Assembly (NCBI GenBank): GCA_963809325.1
Contig: CAWEIZ010000007.1
Span: 836,851-900,850 of the forward strand
Direction of reading: 5' to 3'
Length of the DNA stretch: 64,000 nucleotides
DNA from: an uncultured Actinomycetes bacterium
GTDB taxonomy: Bacteria > Actinomycetota > Thermoleophilia > Gaiellales > JAICJC01
In this document: positions 9,079 to 18,643 of the stretch, piece by piece
Layout of the letters: each line of letters starts with the position of its first letter
How positions within the stretch are numbered: the first letter of the stretch is position 1
Notes under the pieces: generated by a model
What the model was told of the DNA's origin: nothing
Databases searched by the model: none
Seen by the model: the letters and a program-made list of their open reading frames with translations, nothing else
Program-made: the position numbers and the translations under genes

Positions 9079-10860
9079 GTGACGGGGAAGCTGTCCGGGC
9101 TTGTCTCCGACTTCGCCGAGAAGGTGGACCGGTCGTTCGGCTGGGCGCGGCTGCCGACGGTGGCCGCCATCCCGATCCTGATCGGCCTTCGCGACCGGCT
9201 GCGCGCGAAGAACCTCTACGACACCGGGCGCGGGCCGCTCGACAAGCCCGCGTACGAGGACCCCGACGTCGCCCGGCACCTCGGTGCGCGGATGATGAAC
9301 GGCACCTACAACGACCTCGACGATCCCCTGATGGGCTCGCTGGGGAGCCGGTTCGGGCGGAACGTGCCGCTCGAGCACACCTATCCCGAGGAGCCCGAGC
9401 GGCTGCTCGACCCGAACCCGCGCCTCATCAGCCGGCGGCTCCTCACGCGCGAGAGCTTCCAGCCGGCGACGACGCTCAACCTGCTGGCCGGCGCCTGGAT
9501 CCAGTTCGAGGTGCACGACTGGCTGAGCCACAACCCCGAGCAGGCCGACCCCTGGGAGATCCCGCTCGAGAAGGACGATCCGTGGCCCGACCACCCGATG
9601 AAGATCCTGCGCACGATGCCCGACCCGAGCCCCGACGCGACCGGGCCGCCGACCTACGTCACCGGCGACACCCACTGGTGGGACGGATCGCAGGTGTACG
9701 GAGGCAAGCCGGACTTCGCCGACGGCCTGCGATCGCACGAGAAGGGACGGCTCCGCATCGACGACCTGGGCCTCCCGCCGGAGGACCTGCAGAAGTTCGC
9801 CGACCTGTCGGGCGTCGCCGGCAACTTCTGGGTCGGCCTCGCCATCCTCCACTCGCTCTTCATGCGCGAGCACAACGCGATCTGCGAGCGGCTCGCGGCG
9901 GAGTACCCGGAGATGTCCGACCAGGAGCTCTACGACAAGGCACGGCTGGTGAACGCCGCGCTCATGGCCAAGGTCCACACCGTCGACTGGACGCCGGCGA
10001 TCATCGCCCACCCGACCACCGTCCTGGCGCTGCGGACGAACTGGTACGGGCTCCTCGGCCAGCACCTCCACGACCTCGTCGGGAAGGTCACCGACGACGA
10101 GGTGCTCCACGGCATCCCCGGCTCGCAGACGAACCACCACGGCGTGCCCTACTCGCTGACCGAGGAGTTCGTGGCCGTCTACCGGATGCACCCGCTGATC
10201 CCCGACGAGTTCACGTTCCGCTCGGTCGACGACGACCGCGTCCTCGCCGAGCACGACCTGCCCGACGTCGGCGTGCTGCACGTCCGCGAGCGGCTGTCCG
10301 AGGTGTCGATGGCCGACCTCTTCTACTCGTTCGGGCGCTCGCACCCCGGCGCGATCACGCTGCACAACTACCCCAGGTACCTCCAGCACTTCGACCGCGC
10401 GGACGGCTCGCTGATCGACCTGGCGGCGATCGACGTCCTGCGCGTGCGCGAGCGCGGCGTCCCGCGCTACAACGAGTTCCGGCGCCTCTTCCACATGAAC
10501 CCGGTCAGGAGCTTCGAGGAGCTGACCGACAACCCGGTCTGGGCCGAGGAGCTGCGCCGGATCTACGGCGACGTCGAGCGGGTCGACCTGATGATCGGGA
10601 TGTACGCCGAGCCGAAGCCGAAGGGGTTCGGCTTCAGCGACACCGCGTTTCGGGTCTTCATCCTGATGGCGTCGCGGCGGCTCGAGAGCGACCGCTTCTT
10701 CACCCGCGACTTCCGGCCCGAGGTCTACACCCAGGCCGGCTTCGACTGGGTGAACGAGAACACGATGCGGACGGTCCTCCTGCGCCACTTCCCGGAGCTC
10801 GAGCCTGCGCTCGAGGGCGTCGAGAACCCGTTCGCGCCCTGGACGGCGGTCGGTGGCTAG
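9079..10860 (+). CDS. haem peroxidase-cyclooxygenase superfamily enzyme, alpha-dioxygenase-like
   Basis: AWIQFEVHDW, FMREHN, HTVDWT, NWYGLLG, HGVPYSLTEEFVAVYRMHP, RERGVPRYNEFRR, GFGFSDTAF, RRLESDRFFT. GTG at 9079 is preceded by AGGAAAG. The upstream ORF-track extension is Arg-rich. Confidence 0.85.
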   Translation: MTGKLSGLVSDFAEKVDRSFGWARLPTVAAIPILIGLRDRLRAKNLYDTGRGPLDKPAYEDPDVARHLGARMMNGTYNDLDDPLMGSLGSRFGRNVPLEHTYPEEPERLLDPNPRLISRRLLTRESFQPATTLNLLAGAWIQFEVHDWLSHNPEQADPWEIPLEKDDPWPDHPMKILRTMPDPSPDATGPPTYVTGDTHWWDGSQVYGGKPDFADGLRSHEKGRLRIDDLGLPPEDLQKFADLSGVAGNFWVGLAILHSLFMREHNAICERLAAEYPEMSDQELYDKARLVNAALMAKVHTVDWTPAIIAHPTTVLALRTNWYGLLGQHLHDLVGKVTDDEVLHGIPGSQTNHHGVPYSLTEEFVAVYRMHPLIPDEFTFRSVDDDRVLAEHDLPDVGVLHVRERLSEVSMADLFYSFGRSHPGAITLHNYPRYLQHFDRADGSLIDLAAIDVLRVRERGVPRYNEFRRLFHMNPVRSFEELTDNPVWAEELRRIYGDVERVDLMIGMYAEPKPKGFGFSDTAFRVFILMASRRLESDRFFTRDFRPEVYTQAGFDWVNENTMRTVLLRHFPELEPALEGVENPFAPWTAVGG

Positions 10861-11224
10861 CGCCCGGACGACCAGCGACTACGCCCGGATCGCGCTCGCC
10901 ACGATCCGGATCGTGAACGGCGCGAGCGCGCTCGTCGCGCCCCGCCTCCTGACGCGGCGGCTGGGCGCCGACGACACGGCGGTCTATCCGTTCCGGCTGT
11001 TCGGGATCCGCACGATCGTGATCGGCGGCGATCTCCTGCTGCGCGACCGGGAGGTGCGCGACCATGCTCTGCGGCTGGCGCTCCTCGTGCATGCGTCCGA
11101 CGTCGCGTCCGCGGTCATCGCCGGAGCCCGCCGCCAGGTCCCGCTGCGGTCGGCAGCGACTGCAGCGGCGATCTCGTCCGTCAACACGGCGCTCGCGCTC
11201 GTCGCGCGGACGCCGCAGACCTGA
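10853..11224 (+). CDS. small hydrophobic protein, unknown function
   Basis: Very high GC3 in this frame, 8-nt overlap with the upstream gene, 123 aa with hydrophobic segments. Ends at a TGA that is in frame with the next gene. Confidence 0.55.
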   Translation: MASARTTSDYARIALATIRIVNGASALVAPRLLTRRLGADDTAVYPFRLFGIRTIVIGGDLLLRDREVRDHALRLALLVHASDVASAVIAGARRQVPLRSAATAAAISSVNTALALVARTPQT

Positions 11225-11260
11225 CGGGCGGCCGATGTCGCGGACGCCGAGTTCGACTAC

Positions 11261-14200
11261 GTGGTGGTCGGCTCCGGCGCCGGCGGCGGCCCGATCGCCG
11301 TCAACCTCGCCCGCGCGGGCATGCGCGTGCTGCTCCTCGAAGCCGGCGGCGCCGACGAGAACTTCCACTACTCGGTGCCGGCGTTCCACGGCGAGGCGAC
11401 CGAGGACGAGGCGCTGCGCTGGGACTACTTCGTGCGCCACTACACCGACGACGACCGGTCGCGGCTCGATCCGAAGTTCTGCGAGGACGAGGGCGGCGTG
11501 TGGTATCCGCGCGCCGGAACGCTGGGCGGCTGCACGGCGCACAACGCGATGATCACGATCTCCGGCCCCAGGACGGACTGGGACGCGATCGCCGACGAGC
11601 TCGACGACCCGACGTGGAGCAGCGAGGCGATGCGGGGCTACTTCGAGAAGCTCGAGCGGTGCACGTACGTGCACTGGTTCCAGCGGCTCTTCGGCAACAG
11701 GCGCCGCCACGGATACCGCGGCTGGCTCACCACCAGCCTCCCGGACGCCACGGTCGCGCTGCACGATCCGGCGCTGCTCGGCGAGATCCTGGCGGGCGCG
11801 CGAGCAGAGCTCCGAAGCGCGGTCGCCGGGCTGAGCTCGATCGAGGACTACCACCGCTACCTGCGGACGTGGCTTGACCCGAACGATTGGCGCGTCGCCG
11901 GCGGCGACCTGAGAGGGCTCTGGCTCGTTCCGCTCACGACCGCCCACGGGCGCCGGAACGGCACGCGCGAGCACATCCAGGCGAGGGCGGCCAAGCGGCG
12001 CGGGAACCTGGTCGTCCGGACGCACGCGCTCGTCACGAACGTCGTGTTCGACGACGAGACGACCGCCGTCGGGGTCGACTACCTGGAGCTCCCGCACGCC
12101 TACGCTGCCGACCCGCGCTCGCGGGATCGCGGGTCGCTGCCGGCCGCGACGCGTGCGCTCGTCCGCCGGGAGGTGATCCTGGCCGGCGGCACGTTCTCGA
12201 CACCGCAGCTTCTGAAGCTGTCGGGAATCGGCCCGCGCGCGGAGCTCGAGGCGCACGGGATCCGCGTCCGGGTCGACCTGCCCGGCGTCGGCGAGAACCT
12301 TCAGGACCGCTACGAGGTGGGCGTCGTGAGCAGGCTTCGCGAGGACCGGTTCACGCTCCTCGACGGGTGCAGCTACGCGCCTCCCGTTGGCGACAGCCCC
12401 GACGACAGGTGCTTCGCAGCGTGGCGCCGCGGGAAGGGCGCGTACACGAGCAACGGCGCCGTCATCGCGGTCGTGCCCCGAGCCGACCTCTTCATCTTCG
12501 GGCTGCCGGCGAGGTTCGAGGGCTACCGCCCGGGGTACTCGGCCCAGCTCGAGCGCCAGAGCACGACCTTCACATGGGCGATCCTGAAGGCGCACACCCG
12601 AAACACCGCCGGCACGGTCACGCTGCGATCCACCGACCCGACCGATGTCCCCGACATCAACTTCCGCTACTTCGACGAGGGCAGCGGGGACTGGAGCGAG
12701 GATCTCGACGCCATCGTGTGGGGCGTCGAGTTCGTGCGGCGCATGGCGCACAGGTCGGGCATCGAGGCCACCGAGCTCGTGCCCGGCGACTCGGTCCGTA
12801 CGCACGACGACCTGCGCGAGTTCGTCCGAACGCATGCGTGGGGCCACCACGCGTCCTGCACGTGCAAGATCGGACCGGACGACGATCCGATGGCGGTCCT
12901 CGACGGCAGCTTCCGCGTACGCGGGGCCCGCAACCTGCGCGTGGTCGACGCGTCGGTGTTCCCGCGGATCCCGGGCTACTTCATCGTGACACCCACCTAC
13001 ATGATCAGCGAGAAGGCGAGCGACGCCGTGCTGGCCGACGCCGGCGTCGCCGTCTCCACCGCCGACGCTGAGGAGGCACCGATGGCCGACCACAACGACC
13101 CGAACGCCGTCAACTCGATCTTCTCCGACATCGACGTCAGCGCGGCCGACGTGTACGACCTCTTCGGGTACCCGAGCGACGACCGAAGCGACGGCGAGCG
13201 CGTGGTCATCGCGCTCACGTTCGCGTCGGTGCCGACGGCGGGCGTCTTCGACACCGACATGCTCTACCGCCTCCTGGTCACGACGGCGCCGCGGGTCGCC
13301 TGGCCCGAGCACGACCGCGACCTCGGTGCGCTCCTCGGCTACGTCGACGCCGTGAAGGACAAGTACCTGGGCGACCTGCGCCCGGCGGAGGTGCGCGTGA
13401 CCGCCGATGCCGAGCGGCGCGCGAAGGTCGACTTCCTGAACTTCCCCGGAGGGAGCTTCTCGGTCACCGTCGACCTCGACACGGCGGTCACCGAGAAGGC
13501 GCCCGACGGGAGCGCGATCCGGCTCTTCCTGGGCGGCCGCGACGACGCCTTCTTCAACGACCTGCCCGGGTTCTTCCGGTCGATCAACTACGCGCCCCAG
13601 TTCTACCACGTGCCCCATACGCGGCCCGACCTGCGCGAGCTTCCGATCCCGAAGACGCTGCTCGAGCTCGAGGGCAACCACCTCTTCAACTTCGACCCCG
13701 AGAACCCGCTCCTCGGCCACGGGGTGAAGCTCGACCTGCCGCCCGGGCCGCTCACCTGGGAGGGCGACCGCTTCGCGAAGGACGCCGACGGCAACTTCCG
13801 GTTCGTCTACAGCGGCGCCGACGCGCAGGCGGGCAAGAACGTGAACGCGATCATCCTCGAGCTGCCGCTGCGCTATCTGACCCACTCCCCCGAGCACGAC
13901 CGCATCGTGAACGTGTGGGGCGAGAGCTGGGTGCTGAAGGCCGCGAACAAGGTCGAGACGATCCCCGACCACCCGCTCTGGATCGAGCATCCGTGGGCGC
14001 TCATCGACGCCGTCAAGCTCGACGACGAGCTGAAGCGCTACAAGCTCGTCGACACCGTCGGCCAGCCGTTCGCCGACGCGGGCCTGAGCGAGCGAGAGGA
14101 CAACCGCCAGCTCGGCGCCAACAACTTCTGGCTCGCCCCGCACTTCGTGAAGCGGCTCGCGCACCTCGGCTGGGGGTTCGGGCCGTCGATCAGCGCCCTG

Positions 14201-14653
14201 GGCCTCGCCACGTCGTTCGACCACGACGACTCGCCGGTCTCGGTGCACCGGACGTACACCCTCGCCGCCACCGCCTTCCCGCGCGTGCGGCGGGTCATCT
14301 TCCAGGAGCTGAACATGCCGGACGACTCGTGGAACCCGAGCGGCGCCGACATCCCGCTTCGGCGGTCGTTCGAGATCTTCGTCCCGAACGTGTGCGCGAT
14401 CGACATGGACACGACCGGCACGTGGCCGTTCGGGCGGCGGCTCGAGGATCAGGTGGCGACCCGGTTCCTCTCGCTCTTCCTCGACATGGAGGCGGAGCTC
14501 GGCGGCCGCTTCTACCACCTCGACATGCTGAACGACCAGGCCCTCTGGGACGCCGCGCCGATCGTCCCGAAGACGCCTCCGAACCCGCTTCGGAACGATC
14601 GCGAGTTCCTGCCCGAGTTCCCCTACCTCGCCGCGCCGCATGCCGGGTACTAG
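11261..14653 (+). CDS. GMC-family FAD oxidoreductase fused to a C-terminal DUF4331-like domain
   Basis: VVVGSGAGGGPIAVNLARAG FAD motif and GMC C-terminal block PTYMISEKASDAV. Residues ~605-1130 (ADHNDP..DVYDLFGY ... FPYLAAPH) resemble DUF4331 from memory. First canonical start is GTG 11261. Confidence 0.8.
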   Translation: MVVGSGAGGGPIAVNLARAGMRVLLLEAGGADENFHYSVPAFHGEATEDEALRWDYFVRHYTDDDRSRLDPKFCEDEGGVWYPRAGTLGGCTAHNAMITISGPRTDWDAIADELDDPTWSSEAMRGYFEKLERCTYVHWFQRLFGNRRRHGYRGWLTTSLPDATVALHDPALLGEILAGARAELRSAVAGLSSIEDYHRYLRTWLDPNDWRVAGGDLRGLWLVPLTTAHGRRNGTREHIQARAAKRRGNLVVRTHALVTNVVFDDETTAVGVDYLELPHAYAADPRSRDRGSLPAATRALVRREVILAGGTFSTPQLLKLSGIGPRAELEAHGIRVRVDLPGVGENLQDRYEVGVVSRLREDRFTLLDGCSYAPPVGDSPDDRCFAAWRRGKGAYTSNGAVIAVVPRADLFIFGLPARFEGYRPGYSAQLERQSTTFTWAILKAHTRNTAGTVTLRSTDPTDVPDINFRYFDEGSGDWSEDLDAIVWGVEFVRRMAHRSGIEATELVPGDSVRTHDDLREFVRTHAWGHHASCTCKIGPDDDPMAVLDGSFRVRGARNLRVVDASVFPRIPGYFIVTPTYMISEKASDAVLADAGVAVSTADAEEAPMADHNDPNAVNSIFSDIDVSAADVYDLFGYPSDDRSDGERVVIALTFASVPTAGVFDTDMLYRLLVTTAPRVAWPEHDRDLGALLGYVDAVKDKYLGDLRPAEVRVTADAERRAKVDFLNFPGGSFSVTVDLDTAVTEKAPDGSAIRLFLGGRDDAFFNDLPGFFRSINYAPQFYHVPHTRPDLRELPIPKTLLELEGNHLFNFDPENPLLGHGVKLDLPPGPLTWEGDRFAKDADGNFRFVYSGADAQAGKNVNAIILELPLRYLTHSPEHDRIVNVWGESWVLKAANKVETIPDHPLWIEHPWALIDAVKLDDELKRYKLVDTVGQPFADAGLSEREDNRQLGANNFWLAPHFVKRLAHLGWGFGPSISALGLATSFDHDDSPVSVHRTYTLAATAFPRVRRVIFQELNMPDDSWNPSGADIPLRRSFEIFVPNVCAIDMDTTGTWPFGRRLEDQVATRFLSLFLDMEAELGGRFYHLDMLNDQALWDAAPIVPKTPPNPLRNDREFLPEFPYLAAPHAGY

Positions 14654-15737
14654 CGCCCCCGCTCTCACGACCGATCACGCGCGCGACCTCGACCGGCTCT
14701 CGGCCGAGATCGCCGACCTGGCGCGCCCGCCGGGTCCGGCGCACGCCGAGCAGGCGACCCGGCTCGCATCGTGCCGCGTGAACCGGGCGTCGCTCTCGGG
14801 CGACGTCTCCGAGATGCGGCGCGCAGCGGAGTCGGTGGACGCGGCGCTCGCCCGGTTCGGCCCCTGGTCCGACCTGTGCTATCTGCGCGCGGGGGTCCAC
14901 CTGAAGCAGCACCGGCTCGCCGACGCCGTCGCCAGCCTGGAGCGGGCGGACGGCCTGGCCGACTCGCCCGACGGCCGGGCGATCCGGGCCGACGCCGATC
15001 TTCAGCTCGGGCGGTATGCGGAGGCCCGCCGCGCGTACGAGCGGCTGGTCGCCGAGACGCGCTCATGGGACAGCCTCGCGCGACTGGCGCACTTCGAGCA
15101 GGTGCTGGGAGACCCCGAGCGGGCGGACGCGCTCTACGCCGAGGCCGCCGACGAGATCACCGCCAAGGAGCTTCGCTCCTATGCGTGGGTCGAGACCCAC
15201 TGGGGCCGCCTGCACCTCCGCCACGACAGGCTCGACGAGGCGGAGCAGCACTACAAGCGGGCCGAGGCGGCGTACTCCGGCTACTGGCTCGTCGACAGGC
15301 ACATCGCCGAGCTCCGCGCCGCGCAGGGCCGGCTCGACGAGGCGATCACGCTCTGCGAGGACGTCGCCACCCGCACCGCGCGGCCCGAGCTGGCGCAGGC
15401 CGCCGGCGACCTCCACCGGCGCGCAGGGCAACCGGACGAGGCGCGGGCCTGGCACGAGCGGGCCCTGGCCGGGTACCTCGAGTCGGCGAGCCTCGGCGAG
15501 GTGCAGTACCACCACCACCTTGCGGAGTACTACGCCGACGTCGAGGGCGACGGCGACGCCGCCGTGCTCTGGGCCGAGCGGGATCAGGCGCTCCGGCCGC
15601 ACTACGCCACGGACGCGGCGCTGGCATGGGCGCTCCACCGCGCCGGCCGGCCCGAGGAGGCGCTGGAGGCGGCACGCCGAGCCGTCGCGTCGGGTGTCCG
15701 CGACCCGCATGTGCTCCGCCGGGCCGGCGCGATCTGA
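14640..15737 (+). CDS. TPR-repeat protein
   Basis: Repeated helical Ala/Leu/Arg-rich ~34-aa units (e.g. LQLGRYAEARRAYERLV, RHDRLDEAEQHYKRAEAAY). 14-nt overlap with the upstream gene. Confidence 0.75.
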   Translation: MPGTSAPALTTDHARDLDRLSAEIADLARPPGPAHAEQATRLASCRVNRASLSGDVSEMRRAAESVDAALARFGPWSDLCYLRAGVHLKQHRLADAVASLERADGLADSPDGRAIRADADLQLGRYAEARRAYERLVAETRSWDSLARLAHFEQVLGDPERADALYAEAADEITAKELRSYAWVETHWGRLHLRHDRLDEAEQHYKRAEAAYSGYWLVDRHIAELRAAQGRLDEAITLCEDVATRTARPELAQAAGDLHRRAGQPDEARAWHERALAGYLESASLGEVQYHHHLAEYYADVEGDGDAAVLWAERDQALRPHYATDAALAWALHRAGRPEEALEAARRAVASGVRDPHVLRRAGAI

Positions 15738-15821
15738 AGGGAGTCCGATGGCTTCGAACGCAACCGCAACGCTCGAGGCGAGACTGGGAGCTCGTCGAGC
15801 GACAGGGAACGGAGGTCGCGA

Positions 15822-16313
15822 ATGCGCCGGATCGGTCTGATCGCACTCCTCGCCGCGGCGCTCGCCGCGGGCGCCGCAGCGCCGGCAGCGAATGCCGGGC
15901 CGGCCTGTACTGCGACGGTCGACCCGGCGTGGGTCGTGGACGATGCGGTGGTCGGCTGGATGGTCGGGACGAACGCGGTGCAGGCGACCTGCGACCCGAC
16001 CTGGCGGGTCGCGCTCTCGCCGCAGTACCAGACCGAGGACGGCCTGTGGCACGGCGGCAGGCGGGTGTTCAACCACATCTACTACCCGGCCATCAACAGG
16101 TACTTCGCCGCCGGCAGCGCGCAGACCGTCGACCTCGCCTGCTGCATCCTCTACTGGGACAACGGCGACGGGACGGAGGCGTTCGCGCCGCTCTGCCAGT
16201 ACGCGTGGCGGGTCCACGCCGGCTTCTGGACCGAGACCCCGGTCGGTCCGGCGAAGTTCGACGACGCCTACTCCGACCCTGCGCCGGCCACCTGCCCTTC
16301 CGGATCACCCTGA
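15822..16313 (+). CDS. secreted Cys-containing protein, unknown function
   Basis: Signal peptide MRRIGLIALLAAALAAGAAAPAANA, GGAGG RBS, high GC3, 6 Cys in the mature part. Confidence 0.6.
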   Translation: MRRIGLIALLAAALAAGAAAPAANAGPACTATVDPAWVVDDAVVGWMVGTNAVQATCDPTWRVALSPQYQTEDGLWHGGRRVFNHIYYPAINRYFAAGSAQTVDLACCILYWDNGDGTEAFAPLCQYAWRVHAGFWTETPVGPAKFDDAYSDPAPATCPSGSP

Positions 16314-16423
16314 CGAGACGGGCTGTCTACGACATTCCGGGGATGCCGTCCGCCTTCAGACGGTGACCCAAAATGGCCGCTCTGGCGATGCCGGGCCGGT
16401 GAGCGAGCGCCGAGTGACAGGGC

Positions 16424-16921
16424 ATGCTCACTCGACTCATCATCCTCGCAGCCGCGCTCCTCGCCGTCGCGGCCACCCAGCCGGGGATCGCCGCCGCATC
16501 GTCGACGCCGCCCCGGAAGCTTCTCCTGAAGCGGATCAACCACTCTCGTGTCCGGCACGGGCTCGCTCCCGTGCGCTCCAGCCGCGCGCTTCACGCCGCC
16601 GCCATCCGCCACTCGGGCGACATGATGGGCCGCGACTACTTCGCCCATACGAGCCCCACCGGATCGACGATGACCGACCGTATCCTGAAGACCGGGTACG
16701 TCTCGGGCTACAGCTGGGTCGCCGGCGAGACGCTCGCCTGGGGCTGGGGAACGCGGGCCGGCGCACGGGCCACCGTCCGCGCCTGGCTGCACAGCCCCGA
16801 GCACCGGGCCATCCTGCTCTCGCCCAAGTACCGCACGATCGGCGTCGCCCGTTCCTGCGGGCGCTTCCTCGGCTACTCCGGCGCGTGCGTGTGGACGGCC
16901 GACTGGGTCACACGCTGGTAG
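16424..16921 (+). CDS. CAP/SCP (PR-1-like, YkwD-type) domain secreted protein
   Basis: Signal peptide followed by HSGDMMGRDYFAHTSPTG, GETLAWG and WLHSPEHRAILL blocks. Confidence 0.8.
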   Translation: MLTRLIILAAALLAVAATQPGIAAASSTPPRKLLLKRINHSRVRHGLAPVRSSRALHAAAIRHSGDMMGRDYFAHTSPTGSTMTDRILKTGYVSGYSWVAGETLAWGWGTRAGARATVRAWLHSPEHRAILLSPKYRTIGVARSCGRFLGYSGACVWTADWVTRW

Positions 16922-17810
16922 CGACCAGTCTCCGGGCGAGCTCGACGAGCGCCCGGGCCGAGGATCGCTCGGCGTCGTCCATGTCGACGTCGTAGCACAT
17001 GAGGTTCAGGCCGGCACAGGCCGGATCCTGCGCCAGCGGACGCGCGAGCGCCACCAGCTCGTCGAGCTCGAGACCTCCGGGCTGCTTGACGGGCGTCGAG
17101 GGGAACGCTGCGTCCGACATCACGTCGACGTCGATCGAGAGCCAGAACCTGCCCGTGGAGCCGGACAGGGTCGCAGCCGCCTGCGCCCCGACCGCGGCCG
17201 GTCCGGCCGCCTGCACGTCGGCGCAGTCACGCGACACCGCGATCCCGAGATCGGCGGGCATCACGCTCCCGTAGGACCGGGCCTCGTCGCTGTCGCGGTG
17301 GGCGAGGAGCGCGATGTGGCGCGGCTCGATCATCGGCACGTCCGGCCCGAGGGCGACGAGCGCCGGGTCGCCGTGACCGGCGACGATCGCGAGCGGCAGG
17401 TCGGCCGCCTCGCCCGTCGGGCTCGTGCGGCCGTCATACAGGTCGAGATGGCCGTCGACGTAGGCCATGCCGGCCGGTCGCGGGTCGACCGTCCGCAGCG
17501 CCGCCGCCACGCCGGGGACGAGCGTGCAGCAGCCTCCGAGGACGACCGGGAAGGCTCCGTCGCGAAGAAGCGGGGCGAGGCCGTCGCGGACCCCTTCGCA
17601 CGTCGCGACGACCGTGGGGTAGCCGACGATCCCGCTCTCGGGGTCGCGCTCCGTCCCGACGATCCTGACGTCGAGGTCGCCGGCGTCGCGCGCACCGAGC
17701 GCCTCCACGATCCCCGCCTCGCGGAGCGCGGCCGGCGCGAGCTCGGTGCCGCCGGGCTTTCCCAGCGAGTCGATCGGGACGCCGACCACGACAGGGTCGC
17801 GCTCTGTCAC
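16908..17810 (-). CDS. arginase/agmatinase/formimidoylglutamase family hydrolase
   Basis: Metal-site blocks YVDGHLDLYD and SIDVDVMSDAAFP. GTG start (complement 17808-17810) overlaps the upstream esterase stop by 4 nt. The longer ORF-track N-terminus is Arg-rich. Confidence 0.8.
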   Translation of the reverse strand: MTERDPVVVGVPIDSLGKPGGTELAPAALREAGIVEALGARDAGDLDVRIVGTERDPESGIVGYPTVVATCEGVRDGLAPLLRDGAFPVVLGGCCTLVPGVAAALRTVDPRPAGMAYVDGHLDLYDGRTSPTGEAADLPLAIVAGHGDPALVALGPDVPMIEPRHIALLAHRDSDEARSYGSVMPADLGIAVSRDCADVQAAGPAAVGAQAAATLSGSTGRFWLSIDVDVMSDAAFPSTPVKQPGGLELDELVALARPLAQDPACAGLNLMCYDVDMDDAERSSARALVELARRLVATSV

Positions 17811-18643
17811 GCCGGCCCGAGGACGGAGCCCACGAACCCGAGCGCCGGGAGCGTCACGCTGTCCCAGTAGACCCGGGTGTGCGCGCCGGGCGCGTAGGCG
17901 ACCACCCGGGGGCGCTCGGGCAGCGCGGCCACGAGCTTGCGCACGTCGGGGTAGAGCGGGTCGTCGCGCCCGCACCACACCCCGAGCGGGGTCCCCGCGA
18001 GGCGTCCGATGGACGAGAACACGTCGTCGCCAGGGGCGACTGCAGGGCTGAATACGGCGGCTCCGCGCACGAAGCCGGGCCGGGTCTCGGCGACGTGCAG
18101 CATGCCGAATCCACCCATCGACCATCCCCACCCCGCGAGCCGGCCCGAGTCGAAGCCGCGCTCCTCGGCCCAGCGCGGCAGCTCGTCGAGCACCATCCGC
18201 CCCGGATCGTCATCGCTCTCGGGATCGCGCTCCCAGTAGAGAAGCCCGCCGTCGGCGCCCATCAGCACGAACGGCGGCGCGCCGCGGCGCACGGCGGCCG
18301 TCAGGAACCGTGGGAGCCCGAACGGCTGGAAATCCGACGGCCGCGCTGTGGCACCGTGGAGGACAAGGCAGACGGGGAGTCCCGCCCCGGCTCCGTAGCC
18401 TTGCGGCACCGCCGTGAACAGGTCGACGTCGCGCCCGCGGGCGGCGGAGTGCACCGTCTCGAGCTTGACGACCCCTTCCGGCGCGGAAGGGATGAAGGCA
18501 TCGGGGCGGCGGAGGATCCAGTCGCGGAAGCGGCGGGCATCGTCGTGCAGGGCAGCCGGCCCGGCCGCCGCGGCGCTGAGCAGCCCGGCACCGGCGATGC
18601 CGGCGCCGGCCGCGAGGAGCCGCCGCCTGGTGAGGGTCGTCAT
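17807..18643 (-). CDS. Tat-exported esterase / alpha-beta hydrolase
   Basis: MTTLTRRRLLAAGAG twin-Arg signal and GWSMGG nucleophile elbow. ATG is the complement of 18641-18643. Confidence 0.75.
   Translation of the reverse strand: MTTLTRRRLLAAGAGIAGAGLLSAAAAGPAALHDDARRFRDWILRRPDAFIPSAPEGVVKLETVHSAARGRDVDLFTAVPQGYGAGAGLPVCLVLHGATARPSDFQPFGLPRFLTAAVRRGAPPFVLMGADGGLLYWERDPESDDDPGRMVLDELPRWAEERGFDSGRLAGWGWSMGGFGMLHVAETRPGFVRGAAVFSPAVAPGDDVFSSIGRLAGTPLGVWCGRDDPLYPDVRKLVAALPERPRVVAYAPGAHTRVYWDSVTLPALGFVGSVLGPA

Noticed and set aside
11222-11224. TGA as a selenocysteine codon
   Set aside because: I could not identify a convincing SECIS-like hairpin immediately downstream. The position is a linker rather than a redox-active site. 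No sel genes are in the window. It is kept only as a read-through or error question.
10700-14668. 1322-aa ORF on the minus strand
   Set aside because: It is antisense to the GMC/DUF4331 gene. It is extremely Arg/Gly/Pro/Asp-rich with no recognisable motifs. This is the typical shadow ORF of a 72% GC genome, while the plus-strand frame carries clear family motifs.
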